This document shows, piece by piece, positions 28,701-41,682 of a stretch of DNA of 64,000 nucleotides. Within the stretch, counting starts at the first letter, position 1. Each line of letters starts with the position of its first letter. The notes under the pieces were generated by a model. It was not told where the DNA came from and ran no database searches. It saw nothing but the letters and a program-made list of their open reading frames with translations. Source of the stretch: Bigelowiella natans CCMP2755 (lineage: Eukaryota; Protista; Cercozoa); assembly GCA_000320545.1 (NCBI GenBank), contig ADNK01001191.1:15116-79115 (forward strand), read 5' to 3'. Both the position numbers and the translations under genes were made by a program.

Positions 28701-29531
28701 TAAAGGTAATAAAGAAATGAGTCAGAGAAACGCTCAGCTATGGCATCAGAGGCATATCTATTGGACTTTACTAAATAATACACCTTTCGGCAAGCCTTTA
28801 GTTCGTTTTTGGTGATATCTGGACGATTGATATGCCACACGTAAACCTGATTGGATGCAGCATCTTTTCAGGGCAAAGTTGGTCTTTAACTACAACCCTA
28901 ATGAAATTGGACCATTCACATACCTGTCCCATTTCATCCCCAGTGGCAACCCAATTGCCGTTCGGAGAAATTGTCGCAGCATTCACCTTGTAGAGGTGCT
29001 TGGTGAAGATTGTGACCTTATTGTCCTGAGCGAAAAGAACGAATCAGTTGTTGGCAAATGCCGAATTGTCATCTATCTGCGCTGTGTATCAGACGTATGT
29101 AATAGAATATTATTCCATATGCATGGTTTTGCATTCAGTAAGCTGTGGTTAAGTGCGGAGAGTTATCAAAAACTAGAGTTAGAGAACAACCACTAGGCTT
29201 CGAATGAATACGAATCGGCCATTGCAATAGGCTATTTGATTATTCTTTGAGCCATTGATTTGAACTGAATATCCACGCTTAGTCTCGGGAAGAGGGGGTA
29301 GGATGATCACTGTTGCATATAGTCATACAAATACATTGAGGAACTGATTCGCAACTGCAAATCGCAAATGCGAATCACGACGAATCGCATCTCCACTAGA
29401 TTTAATTGTTAGATTCTCTCGAAAATTTATCTACGGAGATAGAAAGCTGCAGTTAAGATGAGCACGTAAAGAAAAAAATGGAAATGGATACGAAGAGACG
29501 GACCAGGGGCCTTAGGTTCTTCTTCAGTCAT
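23903..29531 (-). CDS. WDR1: Actin-interacting protein 1 (WD40 double beta-propeller), multi-exon
   Basis: Exons: MTEEEPKAP|VIILPPLPETKRGYSVQINGSKNNQIAYCNGRFVFIRSL|..HLYKVNAATISPNGNWVATGD..|CWSFDSKRVCAAGDG..DSGNSCGKVEGHTAQIISCD|..KRPFRLATSGED..; FLSVSLNG; GWEYHNARINSIAFSPDSSKLVSASMDETIIVW; last exon ITTGGDNCIKTWKI*. These are collinear with AIP1/WDR1. Confidence 0.92.
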
Positions 29532-29954
29532 CGTTCCTCTGAGCTGGTTAACTTGAGATTTCAGATATATTTTGATACAGATTCTAATCCTTATCAATGA
29601 AAATTAGATGAAGCTCGGCAGAATTTATCAAATTTCGTGGTGAATGCACAAAAACTGGTGTAGTTAGGATACCCAAAAGGCTCGCTTGTACGCTCCCTAG
29701 ATCGAAATATCTTGTTCATCCGCCTGGCCATCAGAGAAAGGACGTACGACAACACAGTTCAAGAATAAATGGAAAGAAATGGCATGAATTCATTGGCAAA
29801 AGGCTACACCCGGATCCAGGCCAAAATCTGTGCGCGTGTCGAAGATCCGTTAAAAAATCTAAGAGACAGCATGCTGAGCAAAAACTGATATGAGAACTAA
29901 TAGTAGATATAAATGCAGTACCATTTTTCTTTGCCAGAGGCATTGATCAACAAA

Positions 29955-31831
29955 ATGCAGGTAATTACGAGGGATGTCCATTTTATCTCTTCGGAAAGAT
30001 AAGTTTGTCATCCAGTTTAATAATTCTTGTCATTTATTTATATTATGTGAGCTGATTTACACAAGGCAAGTTCCTTGAAGTTTCCACGAACAATTTCCAA
30101 TTCACTGTCTCTCCCCCTCCGATCGATGATCGGAGATGTAGCTTTAGGTCGCCCCTGCACTCTGTTTTAGTTTTGAATAGATAGTGATCCTATTAATAAA
30201 TACTTTACAAAGCATGTTGAGAGTCAACTGGTGCGTCACAGCAATTAAATTTGTTCGTGATTCCTGCAGGCCCCAGGAAGAAGGACGAGGAGGTTCAAGA
30301 GGACGGGTTAGGTTTAGCACAACCAGCAGACGAAAAACCTCTAATCAGAAAGTACATTGTTTTTTGTGCATCCTATTGGAAGATCACTGCGTCAACGAAG
30401 TCAATAACAGATGCGAGACGCTGAGTACGTCGAAGAATTTCAGCGGACTTTTCGATGCGGCTGAAGAACTGATTCAGGGAGCCAGTGCGAAATTTGACGG
30501 TATGTGATGGATACTAATCCTCAAAAACTAAAACGGCTGACCTATCCTCCTTTTTTTGATTACAGGAAGATCAGCCCCGCCCCTCCCACAGAGCTCTGCC
30601 TATGCTGCGGACCCATGCCTTATATTTGCTTGGGGGTGCTACTACAAAGGTTAGCTAAGTCAGTCTCCCTCCATCCAGTAGGCTTGTATGAGGAAGCCAG
30701 AAAGGAATTACTTTGAGGAAGCGGGGAAATGCGATGTTGAAAAAAGTCATGATACATTGTATTCTGTGTGCGATATAGCTAAAGATGCTGAACGTCTGGT
30801 GTTGTCCCTACCTGAACATGCAAAATAGCGAAGGCATTGGCCAAATTGAGGCAAATTCCCGTCGAAATGATGGCGAAATTCAATGGAATGTCTCGGCGAA
30901 GCGCGTGCGTTGAGATTTTAAAAGCCGGTATTGCGCGTTTAACATTGGGAAAAGACACAGAAGTGAAAAAAGGGAACAAGGTGGATAAAATTCAAGTTCC
31001 TCACAGCATACATACATATTCTATATCGATCTACCTTCAATTCAATTAAATATTGTACTGTCCTCTCACGGTGTAAGTGTGTTTGTGTAGAGTATTTTTT
31101 TTAAGTCTGAAAGTTAACTTTTCCTTTGCTTTACAGCGTGACACAGCTTCGTCATCCTCGCGAGATCAGCTTCTACGACGCATGAACACTGCACTCAAGA
31201 GAGTGCGATCACGATCGAACTCCAGTAAATATGCCAGCTTCAAATTTGGATCACCACCACATATCGAAAGAATTCTAATCTTACTCGTGTTTCTTCTTAG
31301 AAACTCAAAAATCCAAGCTTCCTCATACCTTCACACTTTACATATTTTCACGAATCCGAGCAGTCATGCCATAAAACACTGCATATGGCAGGATCGAAGA
31401 AGACCGACAAAGAGATTATGAAATCCGACAAGAAAGAACTGAAGGGAGAGGTGTCTCCTCCACCTGCCCGGAAGCTCCTCGGAAAGTTTCCGTCGATACC
31501 GCACTTAGATTTCTCTCCACAGGTAGCTTGAAGCATATTATTACATTTTGAGAAAGGCATATGCGACGATGGCGTTGTGTATGACAAAGACGACAAGCTT
31601 GGTTGTGACACGCGCAAATCACCTGAAATCTTCTTTAATCTGATGGAAAAAGTCGGGGTTTAGAGAAACAGAAAAATGAATATGTAAGTTGTGATATTTG
31701 TATTGGTCACTTCAAAGGTCCATAGCGACGACATTCAGCTAGATGCGAATCTATCCAAAATGTTCTTGGGAGTCCCGGTACTTTACTAGTTTCATAGGGA
31801 TGTCAAGTATTTTTAGCACATCCACACACAT

Positions 31832-31879
<48 letters not shown>

Positions 31880-33574
31880 GGACATTCACGCATAATATTC
31901 ACGTGGCTGTGCCCATGTAGTCAATACATTAACGATTTAGTTCATGAGTGGATTTTGTTCCCTAGGTGGTTGTGACCGAGAAGCTAGATGGTGGAAACTG
32001 TTGTTTGCGGGACGGGAACGTGTACGCACGGACGCATAAAAAACCGACCAGTCACGAGTCGTTCAGCTGGATTAAGCAAATGTAATGCTGCCAGTGTTGC
32101 GGTGCAGGCATTGCAACAACGATGACGGCAACAACAACAACAACAAAACAAATATGCGGACCCCACCGTGGTCTCTCCATCCACACTGATTATGCGGCCT
32201 CGTTTGCTGAACATACGTTTGCAGGTATGCAGGAAAGAAGGCCAGCATGGATCCGAAACTCTCATTCTTTGGCGAAAACCTTTACGCGGTTCAGACTATT
32301 TTTCTCGTAGAATGATTCAACATCTTAAAAAAACAACAACTCATTCGGAGTCAAATTTTGAATGCACGGAATCATACACTATTGGTATCTTATTTGATGG
32401 ATACAGCAAGAACAACAACGACAAAAATAAACCAGGACTGTGATTTAGTGGATGGGAAGTTTCTCCCGATAGAATGATAATGATAGCATACGTTAGTGTT
32501 CATTCACACTTAAGGATTGAACATGGTGTTTACGTTGATGTGAATAATAGGCGCACAGTATAAGATATAATCGGCTAGAATCTTACTTCTACTTGTTTGC
32601 CGTGCGAGGTTGTTGCCGTGTTAAGTGCATTTCATCCACTCTTATACACACGTACACACGCATCTGTAGAATATTTGTGTGCTGTAATGTGTCTATGTGC
32701 ATATTGTTCTTATGACGAAAACGGTGCGGTTCGTGGTTTTGCTGCGACCCATTGTTAGAAGAGGACGGAAATTGGAAATCATGGAAAGATGTGGAGCAGA
32801 TAGCAGAAGAACTTGAGCTTCCAACCACACCGGTGGTGTTTAAGGTATATGCAACACAAATCATGCACCAACAAAACTCCAGGAGCGAATGCATGCTACT
32901 GACAAATTGATGCTGATGAGTCGAACACACGCGTGCATATTATGTACGACTAGGATGTCTCTTCATCGTATAGTTACATATCATACATTCTGTTCAATAT
33001 ACATCTGGAATAAACACCAATTCAGGGCGAATTCAAGGAAATGAGCGAGATAAAGAAGCTCATGGATAGTAAGGCAAAAGAGCGATCGCACGTTGATGAA
33101 GCCCACACTCCAGGTAACTTCTTCTAAAACCACTTCTCACAGTGAGATCCTGCGTAGATGTGTTTTATCTTATCATGCTTTGCAAAATCCATGTGTATCA
33201 GAGGGATTTGTGATACGACTTGCACGAGGTTATAGTGACGAGGAGTTCGCTGAAGGAACTTCGATTGCAAAGTAGGGGAACATTCTAAAGTTTCATTTTA
33301 TTCGGAAAATTTGTGTAAAATTTGCGATAACATTCAAAGATATGTAAGGAAAGGCCATTGTCAAACGGATGAAAAATGGGGTAATTCATGTGGAAAAGTG
33401 GTGATGATTTGAATTTGTTGCTTTAGCTTGTAAGCACGCAGCTTTTATGGGACTATTCTTCTCCCACAATTCTTACTGTTGTCGAATTCTGGGACTGTGA
33501 ATTGTTTACGTGTGGGCTTTGTTTGTGTAGGTCGAACATGGACGCAAAATCCTCCTTTAGTATCAAACATCTAG
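29955..33574 (+). CDS. ATP-dependent RNA ligase-family nucleotidyltransferase with an uncharacterised N-terminal region, multi-exon (start codon uncertain)
   Basis: Phase-consistent GT-AG exons give KFPSIPHLDFSPQ|VHSDDIQLD..FLGVP|VVVTEKLDGGNCCLRDGNVYARTH (motif I Lys codon 31981)|..FFGENLYA|AHSIRYNRLESYFYLFAVR|..WKSWKDVEQIAEELELPTTPVVFK|GEF..TP|EGFVIR..IAK|YVRKGHCQTDEKW|GRTWTQN..*. Motifs I, Ia, III, IIIa, IV and V are present. Confidence 0.85.
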
Positions 33575-34330
33575 TAGCTAGCTTGCTAGTGCAAGTGACT
33601 TGAAATTAGAGACAGTGATGAAATGATTGCCCATCTTCCATGTGTTCATATGCGACGCATGCTAGCATGCTTGAAGGCTACAGACACGATTCACCAAAAA
33701 TAATTTTCATGACTTTCCCTCTAGTGAAAATTTTCATTTGATTGTTGTGAGCTCGCAAAAACAATTTTGGTTCCGTCTAGCCGTGCTACGTGACGCGCAG
33801 TCGGCATGCTAGCGTGCATGCGCGGTGCTTGAAATCTCGCTAAATGACCCTTCGAGCATGCCTCTGATGCTCTGATGTGCCTCTCATAGCGCGACAATTC
33901 ACATTTGCGTGCATCGGCTGACTCTGCTGTGCTGCTGCTGCATGCAATGGCTTCGCGCTGCTGGCGCAACAAACCCACTAGCCCACCCCACATTTCATTT
34001 CCTTGCATGCCATCGGCCGCAGCTAGCGCAGCAAAAATTGCGAAAATGAGATGCATGAATGTTTGCCCACTGACGATGACTTGCTGCTGAACCAAATTGC
34101 TAGAATGACACGATGAAAATCCTAGGCACATCAATGAACAATGAACAATGATGATGAACTGCATTTCCAAAATGTTGCAAGACATTTGCAGAGTGCGAAA
34201 CGCAGTGCCTCGAACTAGCTTTGGTGAGCACATCACATGTCTTTTGTGAAAACAATCTTTGTTGAAAATGACGTGGCAAAAATCCACAGCAGAGCATCGC
34301 GCCATGCCACACTAGCAGTGTGCGCCTCAC
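33570..34330. repeat. CTAG/CATG-rich island downstream of the RNA ligase stop
   Basis: ctagtagctagcttgctagt, gcatgctagcatgc, ggcatgctagcgtgcatgc; also short (CAATGAA)n runs near 34133 and just beyond the island near 34354. Confidence 0.65.
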
Positions 34331-34819
34331 GTGTGAAGGTCTTCACACAGAGACAATGAACAATGAACAATGAAGAAAGCGTTGATCAAAACTACATGCG
34401 CCAGAACCACATGGGAGACAGGCATTTGCACGCAGCAGAGCCTCAACAACACTCGTTGCAAGGACTTGTCAGCACCCTGTTGGTGATGAGACACAAAAAA
34501 AAATCAGCTGCAACCCATCAGAGGCACTCTCCAAGGCTGCGTGAAGGGATGAGGACACCATGGCCACTCATCTGAAGTGCCGGAGACACGGAGACTCTCC
34601 CTGCGGCGAATCCCCGGAGAGAGCATCATTGCCCGATAGTTTCCTAGTGTCCGAAGATTAGCATTTATCCAATTAGGAAGTTTTTATACGACATATCATC
34701 TATTTTTAGATGAAAATTTTATTCGTACTCTCATGAGAAAACTAGAATGCTTTCAGAAAATTCACTCTTACCTACAGTAGATATCTTCCGTGTGAAATAT
34801 AATCAGAATATTACGGACG

Positions 34820-35419
34820 ATGGTGGACGGTCGCTCCGACCCGAGAGGGAGCTTTTCCTCCTCCTTCTCGATTCTGCTTGCGCTCATGGCGCTGTTCAGT
34901 GCTGCCTCCGCCTACTTTACGTATCTCAACTTCGAAAAGGTCTGTACCTTTGCTGGACACGTGCTCTGCTTCTGTTGCCATGATTATTTGTGTTTATTGG
35001 AGTTCGATTCGCATGTAATTGCGGATCTTACTTATAGCATTCTTCCCTTCACTTCCCGACTTAATCCCAACTGCTCACTCATAGGCCTTTCCCGTCGTTT
35101 CATTGGAGCTGAAAGCCGATCGTTCCTTGGTTTTGGCCAAAGCGAAAGCTCTCCGAGGGATGCTGAACGATACCATGATCATTGGTGCGCAAGCCCTCGG
35201 TGTAACCACGCACGAGGCTGCCGCCTTCCGATCTTCCCCATCTGTTCAGCATTTCGTGGAGCTAGAGGGAGGAGGGAATGCGGCGTTTGCCGCACTGATA
35301 CGCCGCGGTCGATATCAACCGTTCTTCTGGGAGGTGCGGCACTACCAAGAAGGCACCACAAGCGAAACGCGCTTCTTCTTCGACCCGAGCGGGGAATGTA
35401 TTGGTAATCGCACGCGCGT

Positions 35420-35483
<64 letters not shown>

Positions 35484-35532
35484 ACACGCGCGCGCGCGCT
35501 AACTTGTTTCCTTCATTGTATTTTGAATGTGT

Positions 35533-35567
<35 letters not shown>

Positions 35568-35991
35568 TTGAATTTCTCCTGCTGCACAGGGTTTCACACT
35601 AAGATGCCCGAGGAGGAGGACCCAGATTACCCTGACCCCCCCCTTCCTGAGGGTAGTAGCAGGCCTGAACAAGACAAGTCGCTGACGCAGGAAGCAGTGA
35701 GAAAGCTGGCAGAGCAAGCCGGAGCTGCTGGACCGTGGAAACTTCCTTTGTCGGCTGATGAAGGAGTGTTTAAGATCGTCGAGGAATCAAAGGAAGTGCA
35801 GCCAGGGGGCAGAGTCGATCATACCGTCGTTTATCAAGCTGTTGATGAACATGCTCTGATAACGGGGAAGGATGAGCGCGAGGGGGATACGGGGAGGAAG
35901 GAAGATGGGATGCTCGAGCTTGGAGAAGGCAGAATAGAGGTAGGGTGGTTACGCCTATTCAGATAGGGTAACAAAATGGGTGGGTGCCGGC

Positions 35992-36027
<36 letters not shown>

Positions 36028-36398
36028 TTAGAATAGTATAGATCAGCTTACCTCTTTGTTTCAAACAGGTATCCGTGACGGTATCTGGGTCGCGTGTGTC
36101 GTCAGTGCTGCAGGGGTTTAAGGTGCCTCAGGCTTTCGAGAGGAGATATCGAGGTATGCGCAGCCTCAACACCGCATTAGCGCAGGTAAAGAGAAAATAC
36201 GATCCACAAATCAACATTCGCTCATGCTGCATTCTATTTACAAACAACTACCTTGCTGCAGTGATTTCTGCCGTCGCTGTATGGCAAAAATTCAAATTTT
36301 CACCAAGCAATCTTGCTGTGTGGAGAAGACACAGCGCAAATTCAACATTGCCGTGCAACACGTCTCTTCCTGGCAGCGCACTAGCATACAGCAACCAC

Positions 36399-36439
<41 letters not shown>

Positions 36440-37162
36440 TCATATAGCATGCATAATCTCAATAATATTTAGGCGGCATGGATCGGTATTGTATGTCTCT
36501 ACGGGGTCGGCATCGTTGTAGCGATATTTCGCCTTCTTCGCTGGAAGCGTCTAGCCGCTGCCCCCTCCCTCATCGCCGCAGCATTCGTGGCGCTGCTCAT
36601 GGGAGCAGCAGCAGCCAATGGCTACCCGGCAATGTGGATGGACTACGACACGGCAGTCTCTCTCCCGGCCGCGCGCACACAGTTCATCGCACTGGCGGTG
36701 ATTTCCGTTGGGTTTTACTTCATCATCGTTTGGACTACGCTCATGGCGGCAGAGGGGCTGGGTCGAGTTACAGCTGCCTATGGCGCACACGTGCAGCTGT
36801 GGACGCATTTCGCTGGGCCGCCACCGGCAGCAGCAGCAGCAGCAACGACGGATAACAGCAAATCGTCATCGTTTTTCCCGATGTTGCAGGGCCCCTTAGC
36901 ATCGAATGCGGTGCTGTTGGATGTTTTGGTTGGGTATCTCCTCGTCCCGGTGATGTTTGCGTATGAGGTTAGCTTTTACTTCATGAACCAGCGCTACTTT
37001 GGATGGTGGACGCCTTCCGCGCCCGTCGTCAACCCCAACATCGCCGCAGAGTGCGTGAGAGCCGCAGCCTCGCATGCTGTGCTGGCGCTTGTGCTCTGTC
37101 TTTAATTGTTGCAACGACCTGCACCTAGCTCAGTCGTCACGATTAATATGGAATTATGAATG

Positions 37163-37205
<43 letters not shown>

Positions 37206-38075
37206 TATATTGACTGTAAGGTATCTGCCCTGGCTATCTCCAGTTGCGATGTCTCTGTTCGCTGGCTTCTGGGAGGAGGCATTGTTTCGCGCCCTTCCCA
37301 TCGCGGGTGTGCGGTGCTGGTTGTCGTCGTCGTCGTCGTCGTCGCCAAATGCAGGAGCGGCAGAAGGGAATCAAGCGCCCCAACCATCGTCCCGGTGGTG
37401 TTCCTGGGTAGCATTAAGTTCGGTGATGATGCTGCAGGCTGTGATCTTTGGCGCAGGGCATGCAAACTACCCTGCCCAGCCTTGCTACGCGCGGCTGGCG
37501 GAGCTTATCCTGCCGTCGATCCTGTTCGGTCTGCTCTATGACTATAGAGGGTATTACTATGCGGCAGAGGCCTGATAGATACATCGCAGTAGTCGTAGTA
37601 GTAGTAGTCGTAATAGTAGGTAGTAGCAGTAGCGGGGTAGTAATAGGCTAGAAGTAATAGTAGTAGCACCATCGATTCTCATATAGTGGTAGTGCTTGCA
37701 GCTTCGATGTAGTTACTAATATTGTCGGTGGGGGCAGAAGTGCGATTGCTGGAGTGCTAGCGATGGGAGGAGCCATACTCGCCACCAGACACGAACATGT
37801 CGCGCATTTTTGTTCTTAGCGCTCCCTCTCTCCCTCCCTCCCTCCCTCACTCCTTCCCACACGTTGTTACTTCGGTCGTCAGGCTGGTCCCAGGGGTCGT
37901 GATGCACGTGGTGTACGACTTGGTGTGGATGTCTTTGCCCGTGTTCGTCTCTAACCACCGAGGAGCTACCTTGGACCGGTTTTTGATTCTCTTCATCGGT
38001 GCTCTGCCGTTGATTCTGACTCTGGTAGCACGGCTCGCCTTTTCTCGCGACGGTACGGTTGTAGTAATAGTAGTG

Positions 38076-38106
<31 letters not shown>

Positions 38107-39188
38107 GATTGCGTAGCTTTGTATAAGCCGCGCAAAGAAAACCACCAAAAAGGCCGCACGCTCAACCTAACTCCGACCTCCTCCTCCTCCTCCTCCTCCT
38201 CCTCCTCCTCCCTCTCCTCCTCCTCCCTCCCAATTGATGATGATGCGCAGGAGGAGCAGAGCCCTTGGCCAGATGCCTGAATCGAGACGATTTCCATGCT
38301 GCTGCTGCTGCTGCTGCTGCTTCCGATGGGGAGAAGAAGGAGAAGAAAGGGGGCCCTGGCTCTGATAACGCGATGTCAGAAGAGCAAGAACGCCTGCCAA
38401 ACGCTCCCGCTTTTCTTGGAAGTTTCGCCGTGTTCGCGTTGCCCGTAGCGCTTGCGCTTTTCGTGGGGTCCGAGATCGGCGGTGATGCTGGCAGTAGCAT
38501 GTTTTCCCCTCATGTCGCAGCACCCATCATCCCGCACAGCCTGCGGCAAGTCGCGGAGTCTAGTAGCCAGGTGCTAGCAACGCGGCTAACCGCCCCCATT
38601 GCGATGTCGCTCGACAAAGCTATGTCGCTGGAACATCTGGTCGGTACACCCCATCGGCTGCAGACGGTCAGTTGTACGACACAAAAGAAGAAATAGATGA
38701 TGAGGGGGGAAGGGCGAGAGGGAGAGCGCGAGAAAACCTCTATCTGCAGCAGTAAAAGCCGATCTTTTTCTGTCCCAACTTGACCCGTCGTGTTTTCCCC
38801 TGCGTTTTGAAGTTCTCTGAGTCGCCATTCTATGTTATTGACACTTTCCGTCGTGCTGCCCCACGTTCCTTCTCCTACCCCTCCTCCACGAAAAACAGAT
38901 CGTGGAAAAACTGCGGGGGCTACAAAGCGAGCTGGACGACATTACCGCAGAGCGTGTTGCAATTGAGAACGCAGTGGCCGAAAACCGTCCCAAAGCCCAT
39001 GAAGAATCCTCTGCTGCTGCTGCTGCTGCTACTACTGCGGTAGCTCCTGGTGAATCAACAAGGCTAAGGAATCTTCAGATACGACTGGAAGAGCGCATTG
39101 GTAACGGCTATTTGCCGATGTTGATCTTGATGATGAGAGGGGGGTGAATCAAGACGATTGTTCAAATTTTTGGGGTTCAGATGATATC

Positions 39189-39231
<43 letters not shown>

Positions 39232-39270
39232 ATATCATACTTATAAATTAGCCGTAACATCGACGTGTTT

Positions 39271-39310
<40 letters not shown>

Positions 39311-40363
39311 TTGTGCGCGCAAATCACACTGGGCATTTCTTGCAGCATCTCTTCGTGAAATAATCGAGAACGAGCCGACGTTATCCTCGGCAGCTACTGG
39401 CTCCCCCGCCTCCAAAGAAGAATTGGCTCGAGTCCTGGCCGAAATCGCAGCAAACTACACGCGGCTGCCCCTCCACATTCCTCCCAATCGCCAGACAATA
39501 GCAGATAATTATATCCAGGAAACGTTCCCAGAAATGGCCGCAAACCTCACACGCGACGGGTTTCTGCCACGGCCTGTCTGGAAAGTGCGCTTTGCACGCC
39601 TTGAGTTCGATTCGGTCGGTAAAATGCTGTGTTGCTTTAAGAGGGTTCTCTGCTGTGTGTAGCACGGGGGATAACGATTGTTTCTGCGTTCTTCGTGCGG
39701 AGTGAGTAACAATGCCGAGAGCAGATTTTCACAAGGAAGTTTGTTCGAATGCCGGAAACATTATAATATCTTTCATAAGTAGATTTTGACCCCTCAGATT
39801 TAACATCGCCCTTTCTTTTCCTTTTCTCTCCCTCGGCCCCCTCTCTTTTGCCCTCTCTATCGCTCTGTTTGTGTTGGTTTTATCCACATCGCTCCCACCG
39901 CCAGACCTCTTCTTCTTCCTCTTCTTCTTCCTCTTCTCCTTCCTCTCCGACGACGACAACGATGACGAGAACCGCGAACAATCTGGAGGGGGAGGCGGTG
40001 GAAGACAGCAACAACTCCCCGTCATCATCATCTTCATCATCGTCATCGTCATCATCGTCGTCGTCTTCACATGCCGATAGCGACGAGAAGCACGTAGACA
40101 GCAGCGACGATATCAAAGCAGAGGAGTGGATGGTTGGCTTCCCCTCCGCCAAATCAAGGCCGTTCATCTCGCATACGTTGCCTGAGGGCCGTTTGGGACT
40201 CAATATCACGAAGAGCGAGGCGCGGGATTTCTTCCTCTCATATTCCCAAGCTGCTGGGATCATTCCTCCCGCTTCCTTGTCGCAGTCGTCGCCATCGCCA
40301 TCATCACCATCATCCTCGTCATCACTTTTGTCTTCGGATGCACAGAAAGACAAAGAAGACGTT

Positions 40364-40400
<37 letters not shown>

Positions 40401-40754
40401 GTCCTACATGCCTGCGCCTCCGCGAGGTCGCTGCTGTCCCCGTTCAGCACCCAAAAAGAACGGATTGGCGGTTCGAGTTTGTGTGTGAAAGGGAGACGAC
40501 TAAAGACGACGATCATGGTGGTGATGGTCATAACTACAAGCGTGGTGATAGCAAGGGCGGCGATGAGGAGGGAGGGAGTGGGAGCCTTGATCTACGAATA
40601 GAAGGTGTGGTGACCGGGCATGTTTCTGGCAAGTTGGAAGTTTTAGATGCCGGAAAGTTCGTGAAAGTGCCTGAGGACTGGCGCCGCGGCTTCCGAAACC
40701 GCACGCAAATGATCCGCGTCGTCAGCACAATTACGTACGAATGAATATACATCA

Positions 40755-40824
<70 letters not shown>

Positions 40825-40878
40825 TGCAATGGATTGCTAGATAGTAAGAAAACAAGGAACAGAGTACACAAATGGAAC

Positions 40879-40915
<37 letters not shown>

Positions 40916-41603
40916 TCAAACACACCTATATGTATTATATTACAACATATAATATTATATTATTTTAATAATTTAGACTTTTTTTCAAAAAAAAGAAAAA
41001 ATGATTCCCCCTGGTCCATGTACCCCTTGTAGAGAGGGGTAAGATGATCTGAGAAGTGCTGCTATTCCCTCCTCCTGCCCTCTCCGCCAGGCATATGCTG
41101 GTGCTACTCGGCTTCGTCATCGCTGCTGGCGTCGCAATGTACGTCTGGAGCCAGCAGCAGGACGTCGATGATTCTGCTCTGTCTTCTTCCAACACAGCAG
41201 CAGCGGCAGCAGCAGCAGCAGCAGCAGCAGAGTCCAAGCCAGGGCAGAGGATCTTCTCCTTCACGACGTTACGCAAAATCGCCAGCGGCTACATCTTCAT
41301 CTCCCTCATTTCGGAGCTGAACCGCGGATATGCAACAGCGTTCGGCCTGAACACGGCCGAGCCTGTCTACGCGCAGGGTTTCACACACCTGGCGGCGGTA
41401 TTTGTGCGGTGCGTTGTGTTCGGCGGCGTGCTTGGTCTCGGCGGGGCCCTGCTCTGGGCGCTGCCCTTCCGCAGGCTTCAGTCGCTCAGTCGCCCAACGA
41501 GGGGGGGCAGGCTTCTGGCTGCGGGTACTTCGGGGAGGGATAATAGATGAGAATTGTGAAGACGATGATGATTATGGTGAGGAGGGGGAAGGGGGAGAGA
41601 GGA

Positions 41604-41650
<47 letters not shown>

Positions 41651-41651
41651 G

Positions 41652-41682
<31 letters not shown>

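Noticed and set aside
33721-34305. 194-aa minus-strand ORF in the spacer
   Set aside because: Lies in a CTAG/CATG island, has no motifs or exon structure, and its composition mirrors the repeat words.
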